64,000 nucleotides of DNA. Origin: a virus. The stretch lies in the IMG/VR virus record IMGVR_UViG_3300020156_000004, positions 1 through 64,000 of that record; one strand, 5' to 3'. A model generated the notes under the pieces. That model was not told the origin of the DNA, ran no database searches, and saw only the letters and a program-made list of their open reading frames with translations. Each line of letters opens with the position of its first letter. Positions within the stretch are counted from its first letter, which is position 1. Positions 57,978 to 64,000 of this stretch are shown here, in pieces. The position numbers were made by a program, and so were the translations under genes.

Positions 57978-58694
57978 ATGAAAAAAACCACAGACCTTAA
58001 AATTTATAAATCCTATTGGTATGTATTGGACTTCACTAACTTCCAAAAACCAACCGTATTACCGATATATTTCCTATCGAAAAAGCTTGCAAAGGAGGGC
58101 ATACGAAGAGGAGTTAAAAAGAACCTTCGGCGTTACTATAGACCCATTCAAGGTAAAGTTATCATCAAGCATGAGTTTCCAGTCGTATTTAAGAAGGGAA
58201 CGTGGAAAAAGGTTACAAAATATGATTACCCGACTGATAGGCTTACTGCGCAGCAAAAGAAAACATTTCGTACTGTTATGCGGAGAAGATTACGACGGAT
58301 GGGTATATTATCCATCGTTCGTCCAAAGCTCAAGATTACCGAAAAACCAAAGATCATCAAAGAAGTGGTTAATAGGCAAAAGGTAGCCAAGAACAAGAAC
58401 AGTGAGGCAAAAATCTTTCAACTCCAAAGGAAGCCCCGGCATATCTTCTATTTTCTAGTGAGAAAAAGACTTTCTGCGGCTTCCGGCAAACTTTTCTTAT
58501 TAAATGTGATTCGCATAAACTTAAAGGATGGGAGCCTCATGGAGATCGAGTTGGAAACTAAAAGGCATGATTTAATCCGGCCCATCCTTCTTTCAGAATT
58601 TAAAAAGATCATATATGAAAAAGGGCTTAAAACCCAAGAGACTCCCGAAAACTTCATTGCCAGACTTAAGGAAAAAGGCATTGAAATTCTATAA
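57978..58694 (+). CDS. hypothetical basic (K/R-rich) protein
   Basis: 238 aa ORF containing KKTFRTVMRRRLRRMG. Confidence 0.45.
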   Translation: MKKTTDLKIYKSYWYVLDFTNFQKPTVLPIYFLSKKLAKEGIRRGVKKNLRRYYRPIQGKVIIKHEFPVVFKKGTWKKVTKYDYPTDRLTAQQKKTFRTVMRRRLRRMGILSIVRPKLKITEKPKIIKEVVNRQKVAKNKNSEAKIFQLQRKPRHIFYFLVRKRLSAASGKLFLLNVIRINLKDGSLMEIELETKRHDLIRPILLSEFKKIIYEKGLKTQETPENFIARLKEKGIEIL

Positions 58695-59265
58695 GGATAA
58701 TAATGCTGCGATCAAAAGAGATATATTCAGGAATAGGCACGGGGTACTACTCGCAACCGAAGATTCGGTGGATTCCCTTCAACTTAATCAAAGTTACCTA
58801 AAAATCACGAACCAAGACTGGACTCGTGCGGCAGAGTTCAAGATGATCGAAGGGGCTTTTATTCGGGCAGGCTGGGATGGATATAGGGTACCCCTGCTTT
58901 TCCTTTTAGATGATCTACATAAACATATCTGGCCTCGGTATCTTAAATACCATAAGAAAAAGAAGGCCTCAGATTATAGGCTGATTAAAGAAACCGATGC
59001 CATGAGAGAGCTCCTTTTTAGGGGCTTTATCCATATTAATCAGGCCCGATGGAAACCTGAAAGACCCTATACAATCCAAGCCGATATAGGTGATCTAGTC
59101 TGGCCCGAATCATATAAGCACCATCAGGATGCTATTCAAAAGAGAGATCAGATCACATTTGGGGGCTATGGAAGATGCGATGTACCCAAAGATTATGATT
59201 ATGCCAAAAAAACATTCACAACCCGAGGACTCCATACCCGGGGCTTTAAATTTGATAATCAATGA
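58615..59265 (+). CDS. hypothetical protein
   Basis: 216 aa ORF that overlaps the upstream gene by 80 nt. The next in-frame ATG is MIEGAF at 58846, 232 nt downstream, so the start is uncertain. Confidence 0.4.
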   Translation: MKKGLKPKRLPKTSLPDLRKKALKFYKDNNAAIKRDIFRNRHGVLLATEDSVDSLQLNQSYLKITNQDWTRAAEFKMIEGAFIRAGWDGYRVPLLFLLDDLHKHIWPRYLKYHKKKKASDYRLIKETDAMRELLFRGFIHINQARWKPERPYTIQADIGDLVWPESYKHHQDAIQKRDQITFGGYGRCDVPKDYDYAKKTFTTRGLHTRGFKFDNQ

Positions 59266-59528
59266 ACATTTTAACCAAGAAACACACCGCTATCCTGGTA
59301 TATGAAGGAGGCCAGAAGGTGGTAAAGATTCAAGATCAAGGTATTGACTTTCACTCCCAACCGGTAGAGAGGGATGCCGAGGATGAGGATGATGATACCG
59401 GAGATAACCATGTGATTATGGCCCTTGCGAGAGAAGTAGCCGCAGACAATGATGCCTTGAAAAGGCTTGCAGTGGCCAACTACGATGTAGGGGTAGAGTT
59501 CACAATCTTTCAAAAGTACCTCCAGTAG
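59262..59528 (+). CDS. hypothetical protein
   Basis: 88 aa ORF with an ATGA start/stop overlap. Confidence 0.45.
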   Translation: MNILTKKHTAILVYEGGQKVVKIQDQGIDFHSQPVERDAEDEDDDTGDNHVIMALAREVAADNDALKRLAVANYDVGVEFTIFQKYLQ

Positions 59529-59537
59529 TGGAAATCG

Positions 59538-59552
59538 GGTGGATAAGATTAT
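59538..59552 (+). promoter_or_regulatory. GGTGGATAAGATTAT motif copy with downstream TTATCC inverted half-site
   Basis: The 15-mer is identical to 56559-56573. GGATAA ... TTATCC (59555-59560) forms an inverted repeat. Confidence 0.5.
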
Positions 59553-59574
59553 TTTTATCCTATCTTATTATATA

Positions 59575-59582
59575 TATCTTTG
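59575..59582 (+). promoter_or_regulatory. TAnnTTTG box (Bacteroidota -7 element candidate)
   Basis: TATCTTTG lies 76 nt upstream of the ATG at 59658. Confidence 0.4.
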
Positions 59583-59657
59583 AATATGTGAATCTATCAC
59601 AGGTTCTTTGACATACCGAGTTTTTTTCATTTATTAATCATAAAAACCCATTCAAAA

Positions 59658-60068
59658 ATGGCAAAAAAAGACAAGGCAAAAGATGCCAAGAAAGAAGAAA
59701 AGAAGGTTGAACTCGTTGGGCTTTCATTACATTACTCTAATGGAGTTTCCAAAAAACTCAAGGTAGTGGCAGATGATGCCGATGATGATGAAGATGAGGA
59801 CGAAGATGAAGATGATGAAGATACCAAAACCACGAAAAAAGGTAAAGGTGGTAAAGGTAAATCCAAAGATGATGATGAGGACGATGAGGACGACGATGAT
59901 GAAGATGAAGATGATGAAGACGACGATGAGGCTGAAGACGATGATGATGAAGATGATGATGAGGCCGAAGATGAAGATGATGAAGATGATGAAGATGAGG
60001 ACGACGAAGAAGAAGAAAAGCCCAAGAAGGGTTCAAAGGCGAAGGCTGGTAAGGGCAAGAAGAAATAA
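59658..60068 (+). CDS. extremely acidic poly-D/E protein with K-rich termini
   Basis: 136 aa ORF. Two D/E runs flank a KKGKGGKGKSK linker. The N- and C-termini are lysine-rich. A strong terminator follows. Confidence 0.6.
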   Translation: MAKKDKAKDAKKEEKKVELVGLSLHYSNGVSKKLKVVADDADDDEDEDEDEDDEDTKTTKKGKGGKGKSKDDDEDDEDDDDEDEDDEDDDEAEDDDDEDDDEAEDEDDEDDEDEDDEEEEKPKKGSKAKAGKGKKK

Positions 60069-60093
60069 CCCGCTTTTCTTTCTTTTAGTCGGA

Positions 60094-60124
60094 GGGGGTC
60101 GGAATATCCCGGCTCCCTTTTTTA
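60094..60124 (+). terminator. rho-independent terminator
   Basis: gggggtcgg / ccggctccc form a 9-bp stem with two G-U pairs and a short loop, followed by ttttttatt. Confidence 0.7.
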
Positions 60125-60147
60125 TTCACTTAACAAACTTAAAACCC

Positions 60148-60456
60148 ATGGATATTGCAATCTATAGCCTAATTAAGCAAATACTCCAATCCAAACATGA
60201 TGAAGCTCTAGGTATGGCCCTTCATCTTCAACATCAACTCCAATTACCCGAAGAGCATCGAGTAATTGATGTAGATACCGTTGAAATCCGAAATAACCTC
60301 TTAATCGCTAACTCTAATGCAACCCAATACCAAGAAGCCCTCACCCAATTCACCTACCTCTTCGCTGAATCAAGGAAACATAACGAATCTACATCAATTC
60401 CGGCGGGATATGGGAGTGAGGCTCGCGAAGAGGACGGAAGAGTACGGGGATATTAA
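60148..60456 (+). CDS. hypothetical protein (MDIAIYSLIKQ...)
   Basis: This is the in-frame ATG within track ORF 59773-60456. The upstream part of that ORF is an alternative-frame reading of the D/E repeat and of the terminator. Confidence 0.4.
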   Translation: MDIAIYSLIKQILQSKHDEALGMALHLQHQLQLPEEHRVIDVDTVEIRNNLLIANSNATQYQEALTQFTYLFAESRKHNESTSIPAGYGSEAREEDGRVRGY

Positions 60457-60913
60457 GGTTAAGGATATAACCCATAAGACCTGGTTCTTCCCTGAAAACC
60501 TGAAGGGGACTCATAGATATTATAATATTCTCCGGCATCTTTCTCCCTTATTCAAGTGCTTATTATGTTTTCCTAAGAGATATTCTAACGGGATAACGAT
60601 AATCGGACTAGAGGACGACAGGGCTGCCCTCATAAAGGAATTAAATAGAATAATCAGATCAATAGAGGGATGTCATGCCGGATGGAAGGAACGAATGCTC
60701 AAAGACCATCCCACTGATGAACACAAACACCATCTGATAGCCGAGAATAAAGACCATTATGCTATGATGGTTAGATCAGATATACAACAGAAAGGAACCT
60801 ACCTTTGGAGTAAGAGAGTAATGGTACGGGAGGTATATAAAACCTTAGAAGTCTATTTCAAAAACAATCTTGCTAACAAAAAACACCGCAAAGTAAAATG
60901 GCAAATCGTGTAA
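60410..60913 (+). CDS. hypothetical protein
   Basis: The track ORF starts at 60317. The internal ATG at 60410 (MGVRLAKR) reduces the overlap with the upstream gene. The start is unresolved. Confidence 0.4.
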   Translation: MGVRLAKRTEEYGDIKVKDITHKTWFFPENLKGTHRYYNILRHLSPLFKCLLCFPKRYSNGITIIGLEDDRAALIKELNRIIRSIEGCHAGWKERMLKDHPTDEHKHHLIAENKDHYAMMVRSDIQQKGTYLWSKRVMVREVYKTLEVYFKNNLANKKHRKVKWQIV

Positions 60914-61281
60914 AAACCTTGCTCAATGATTATATTCATTGGAGTACTGAATTAAAATCCATGGCCGGACGAAATAGACGAGGCCTACAGGATATGATCG
61001 AAAGGGCAAAAAGGAACCTGCTATCCTTCGGTACACGTTATCATTTGGTTGAGGTGGTAATAACCTATTATCCATTAAAACAAATCTTAGACAATGGCAA
61101 TAAGGTATATGGAGAGATCACCACCGATAAACTCTTCCTAACCGATTGTACCACGGAAGAGGCCCATACCCTGATCTATGAGTTCCGGTATGCTAGGCAT
61201 AAAATAGAAACCTGTAAAATAACAAGAATACCTTTAAATAACCCAATTAAAGTATATGAGGGGAAAGTCAAACAAGCTTGA
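60898..61281 (+). CDS. hypothetical protein
   Basis: 127 aa ORF. Confidence 0.45.
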   Translation: MANRVKTLLNDYIHWSTELKSMAGRNRRGLQDMIERAKRNLLSFGTRYHLVEVVITYYPLKQILDNGNKVYGEITTDKLFLTDCTTEEAHTLIYEFRYARHKIETCKITRIPLNNPIKVYEGKVKQA

Positions 61282-61450
61282 GGCTTATTTTCAAGAGTAT
61301 AATGATCTACTCAACAGGGCTGTGAAGAATTTGGACACTGCGCATTATATGGAGTTATTGGAAAGAATTGAGCAAAAGGCTGGTGAGGAGCTAGACGACT
61401 TAGAGGGGGACGAGGAAGATGGCCCCAATGAAGATACCATCACAACTTGA
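61256..61450 (+). CDS. hypothetical small acidic protein
   Basis: 64 aa ORF that overlaps the upstream gene by 26 nt. Confidence 0.35.
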   Translation: MRGKSNKLEAYFQEYNDLLNRAVKNLDTAHYMELLERIEQKAGEELDDLEGDEEDGPNEDTITT

Positions 61451-61512
61451 TATTTTCTAGTTTTAATTTGGACTTGATTCAAATTAGAACTCCTTAGAAC
61501 TATAAATATTTA

Positions 61513-61529
61513 TATCTTTCATTTATTAA
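61513..61529 (+). promoter_or_regulatory. near-consensus TATCTTTC box overlapping the conserved leader TTTCATTTATTAA
   Basis: The 13-mer TTTCATTTATTAA occurs at 61517-61529 and identically at 59625-59637. In both places it lies 10-21 nt upstream of an ATGGC start. Confidence 0.4.
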
Positions 61530-61539
61530 AACACCCAAA

Positions 61540-62049
61540 ATGGCGAAATTTAAAAATTACGCAGAAGCCGAAGAGGCTCTCAAGGCAGCAAAAGAAGAAA
61601 AGAAAGTTGCCAAAGAAGAATTTAAAACCTTCCGCAAAGAAAACAGCCTGAAACAGGATGCTCCCCCGGCAGACAATGAAAAGCTCGCAAAAAAATGGAA
61701 CAAACACAACGACCAGGTAAAGAAGAAAACTGAGGCCGTTGAATCCATCGAAACCTGGATGAAAGAAAACAAACCCAAAAAGGAACGTAAGGTTCGTGAC
61801 ACCAAATACGAATATCCCGAGGGTGCCACCGCAGCGGAGAAAAAGAAAATCCGTGCAGCAAAAAGGGCTGAAGCAGCCAGGGCCGAAAAAGAAAAGAATG
61901 GTGAGGGTAAAAAGAAGAAGAAGGAGAAAGAGGCTAAAGCAAATGACAAAAAGGCTCAGAAGGAGGCCGTTGAGCATTCTAAGAAAAAAGACAAGAAGAA
62001 AAAGAAAAAGGAAAAACCCGCCGAATCTGAATCAGGCTCGGATGATTAA
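61540..62049 (+). CDS. lysine/glutamate-rich low-complexity protein
   Basis: 169 aa ORF with many K/E runs (KKKKKEKEAKANDKKAQKE, KKKDKKKKKKEK). Confidence 0.55.
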   Translation: MAKFKNYAEAEEALKAAKEEKKVAKEEFKTFRKENSLKQDAPPADNEKLAKKWNKHNDQVKKKTEAVESIETWMKENKPKKERKVRDTKYEYPEGATAAEKKKIRAAKRAEAARAEKEKNGEGKKKKKEKEAKANDKKAQKEAVEHSKKKDKKKKKKEKPAESESGSDD

Positions 62050-62126
62050 TCAATCTTCTTATTTAAGCCGAAAGAGAGAACCCAGTCTATCAAATGATTG
62101 GGTTTTCTAATTTAAACAAATCAACA

Positions 62127-62645
62127 ATGGGCCAGAAACAACAATTATTAGCAGTCCTTGCGAAAGCGGAAAGGCAAGGAACCATGGACAAGGCATTGGA
62201 GGTATTAAGGTCTTATGGATTTGTATTCGTTTCTTTTGATACCCTAATTTCATGGGAACTTACTGACACGGTAATGAAATGGGATAAGCACCACCATCGG
62301 TATTCATTTATGCTTTATGAAAAGAGGGCAGGATTGAATACGGTTAGGGGTGAATATGACCTTGATCTTATCTTGGCAATTAAGCTCAATGGAAAGAAAA
62401 ACCAGAACATCCATATCTATGAGGAATTAAAATACGTGAGAACCATAAAGAAGCCATGGAAGGACTCCCAAGGCATCTTATGGAGAAAGGTTAAGGCTGG
62501 ATGGAAATTTCCGGCCACGATGAGCTATGATCTTAGAAAGGACTGGAGAAAGGAGCAGAAAAAACTCGAGAAAAACCCCAATCTTAAACCCTCGGCCTTC
62601 TATCTTGAATGGGAGCCCCTCGTTCAAAAGATAGAGAAAAAATGA
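62127..62645 (+). CDS. hypothetical protein
   Basis: The track start at 62094 lies inside a hairpin (aaccca/tgggtt). The in-frame ATG at 62127 (MGQKQQ) is preferred. Confidence 0.45.
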   Translation: MGQKQQLLAVLAKAERQGTMDKALEVLRSYGFVFVSFDTLISWELTDTVMKWDKHHHRYSFMLYEKRAGLNTVRGEYDLDLILAIKLNGKKNQNIHIYEELKYVRTIKKPWKDSQGILWRKVKAGWKFPATMSYDLRKDWRKEQKKLEKNPNLKPSAFYLEWEPLVQKIEKK

Positions 62646-63058
62646 TACCCGATGGTTTTGATTCTAGTTTAATTATTATTAAATTTGATGAAATTCCTAA
62701 TATGAAAATAAAACTCACTAGAAACGAACGCAGAATCATTCGCAGAGTTGCCCGTATTCAAATATCCACAATGGAAGAACTAATGAATCATCCTACCATC
62801 ATGGCCCAGGTATATATGGCACAATTTGCCGGAATAGATGAATCAAGGTGGGAAGAATTATTCGATGAAACCAAAACCAATTTCGAGAGGTTGAGAGAAA
62901 GACCCTCACACCTCTTTATCCTATTAGATGATGAGGATTTAAACCTTTTCCGTGAGGTCATGAATAATTATTGCCATAGACCTTACTTTGATGAGGGTAG
63001 ACAATCCTTAAAATACAAAATCTGGCTGAAAGACCAATTAGATCAAAACCAAAATTAA
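62642..63058 (+). CDS. hypothetical protein
   Basis: The in-frame ATG at 62642 forms an ATGA overlap with the upstream stop. The track start is 62609. Confidence 0.45.
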   Translation: MIPDGFDSSLIIIKFDEIPNMKIKLTRNERRIIRRVARIQISTMEELMNHPTIMAQVYMAQFAGIDESRWEELFDETKTNFERLRERPSHLFILLDDEDLNLFREVMNNYCHRPYFDEGRQSLKYKIWLKDQLDQNQN

Positions 63059-63071
63059 AAATTCACAACCC

Positions 63072-63329
63072 ATGCCATTAACAAAGACCAAAATTAAACA
63101 CGTCAAATGTAAATCATCTAACGTTGCCTCCTTTGGGTATGATGAGAAAAGTCAAGTGCTTGAGGTAAAGTATAAGAACTCCAAAACTACAGAAGCCCCG
63201 GTAACATATCAATATTCACCGGTGACCAAAGAACAATTTGAAGATTTAAAGAAAGCCGAATCAAAGGGTAAATGGATGCACCAGAATGTAAGAAGTAACG
63301 CAAGGATAAAGACATCTAAAATCGGTTGA
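63072..63329 (+). CDS. KTSC-domain protein
   Basis: SSNVASFGYDEKSQVLEVKYKNS...YQYSPVTKEQFEDLKKAESKGKWMHQNVR fits the KTSC domain pattern (S.i..igYd...L.V.F......Y.Y..V....f..l..A.SkG.y....I). Confidence 0.65.
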   Translation: MPLTKTKIKHVKCKSSNVASFGYDEKSQVLEVKYKNSKTTEAPVTYQYSPVTKEQFEDLKKAESKGKWMHQNVRSNARIKTSKIG

Positions 63330-63370
63330 TGATGGGGTTTTTAGAGGATGTGTTAGTAAACCCATCATCA
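63327..63370 (+). other. 13-bp hairpin immediately after the KTSC gene
   Basis: tgatgatggggttt / aaacccatcatca pair (one bulged g) around a 17-nt loop. No T-tract follows. Confidence 0.5.
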
Positions 63371-63375
63371 CTGGA

Positions 63376-63444
63376 AAGAGGGAACAGGGTATTAAACCTC
63401 AATTTTACACCCGGGTTTTAGGGGTTCGAATCCCCTACCTCTTC
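63376..63444 (+). other. tRNA-like remnant (perfect T-arm plus 6-bp acceptor pairing; no valid D or anticodon arm)
   Basis: AGGGG-TTCGAAT-CCCCT lies at 63420-63436. AAGAGG (63376-81) pairs with CCTCTT (63438-43). I could not fold the 37-nt interior into a cloverleaf. Confidence 0.4.
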
Positions 63445-63458
63445 TAAATTTTTTCACA

Positions 63459-63902
63459 ATGCGAAAACGAAAACAACCACCTGCCAAATTACCCCCGAGG
63501 TTTAAAAAACGCTGGGTTAAAGCTCTCCTTGAAGGTAAAATCGGAAATCGTAAAATTAACCAAACGGATGGTTCTTTATTAAAGATACCTCTGGGGTTTT
63601 GGGATAAAGCCAATTTGGGGAAATTCAAAGAAATAAAAGAGGTTGGATGTTGTTGTCTCGGGGTAGCTGGGTTACTATGTAACATACCTCTGCCTTCTTT
63701 ACGGAGCCAAGGTATGCCTGACAATCTTACTAAGAAACATAATAATAAATTACCCCCCGCCCTTAGAGCATATTTACCCGATGATCTTGAGCCTGCAGAG
63801 GAAGAATTAGAAAATTCAGAAGTTAGCCGTGCATTGGCTGAAATGAATGATGATAACATACCTTTTGAAGTAATAGCCGGATTCATACACGAAAATCTAT
63901 AA
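63459..63902 (+). CDS. hypothetical protein with CCCLG motif
   Basis: 147 aa ORF. RWVKALLEGKIGNRKINQTDGSLL...GCCCLGVAGLLC looks like a genuine protein. It is preferred over the antisense ORF 63392-63886. Confidence 0.5.
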   Translation: MRKRKQPPAKLPPRFKKRWVKALLEGKIGNRKINQTDGSLLKIPLGFWDKANLGKFKEIKEVGCCCLGVAGLLCNIPLPSLRSQGMPDNLTKKHNNKLPPALRAYLPDDLEPAEEELENSEVSRALAEMNDDNIPFEVIAGFIHENL

Positions 63903-63906
63903 ATTT

Positions 63907-64000
63907 ATGAGACATGATGATGGGTTTCCTACCACAACCCTAGGTAGGTTATTTCTAGTGGCTTTAATAGTCATTTTATGCTTCACTATCTTCTTTGCGG
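63907..64000 (+). CDS. partial ORF running off the window (hydrophobic N-terminal region)
   Basis: The ATG at 63907 gives MRHDDGFPTTTLGRLFLVALIVILCFTIFFA..., open to the window end. Confidence 0.3.
   Translation, partial: MRHDDGFPTTTLGRLFLVALIVILCFTIFFA

Noticed and set aside
59732-60147. Antisense poly-Ser (59732-60058) and His/Leu (59758-60036) ORFs, and the M/K-rich first half of 59773-60456.
   Set aside because: These are frame artefacts of the D/E repeat. The last one also reads through the intrinsic terminator at 60094-60124. Only its distal part, from the ATG at 60148, is kept.
61519-61977. Three antisense ORFs (Phe/Leu/Ser-rich) and the Arg-rich +frame ORF 61796-62110 over the K/E-rich gene.
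   Set aside because: Complement and alternative-frame readings of AAG/GAA-rich sequence. The K/E frame has the conserved leader and ATGGC start shared with 59658.
63376-63444. An intact tRNA gene. An apparent TTA or TAC anticodon in some registers briefly suggested a suppressor or Val tRNA.
   Set aside because: No register gives a 5-bp anticodon stem, and the D-arm has only 3 bp with no GG. The 7-66 pair is G-A and the length is only 69 nt. It is reported only as a tRNA-like remnant.
63392-63886. Minus-strand ORF of 164 aa opposite 63459-63902.
   Set aside because: The plus-strand product has a coherent globular-looking sequence (the RWVKAL...CCCLGV type). The minus ORF is Ser/Arg/Leu-rich and would run through the tRNA-like element.

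Overview
This window is a densely packed stretch of a tailed dsDNA phage genome with a contractile tail (myovirus type). All supported genes are on the + strand except one. The gene order is as follows. Packaging and head genes (large terminase, portal, protease-scaffold, decoration-like protein, major capsid) occupy 0.1-6.9 kb. An unusual block of giant fibre/tailspike genes, an esterase, an acidic protein and the head-tail connector genes occupies 6.9-21.3 kb. A contractile tail plus P2/Mu-like baseplate module (sheath, tube, frameshifted chaperone, tape measure, LysM, gpD/V/W/J/I-like) occupies 21.9-35.9 kb. A single minus-strand sigma-like gene follows. A T4-flavoured replication, nucleotide-metabolism and recombination module occupies 36.6-55 kb. 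It contains a DnaB-like helicase, primase, SF2 helicase, dUTPase/dCTPase-like protein, two thymidylate-synthase-fold paralogs, dCMP deaminase, family A polymerase, kinase, RecA-like protein, FEN, Mre11/Rad50-like proteins and a resolvase. A region of small genes with a NusG-like factor, repeated regulatory motifs and extremely charged proteins occupies 55-64 kb. Three signals suggest a Bacteroidota host (inference): no Shine-Dalgarno sequences, TAnnTTTG boxes, and signal peptides ending in A|Q. No small terminase, lysis cassette, integrase, CRISPR array, rRNA or intact tRNA was recognised. The two strongest leads are (1) a T4-style pyrimidine-replacement cassette with two TS-fold paralogs that both carry Asp at the base-specificity position, and (2) five consecutive fibre-region proteins with Sec-type signal peptides. 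All function calls rest on motifs read by eye from the translations, and no database search was run.
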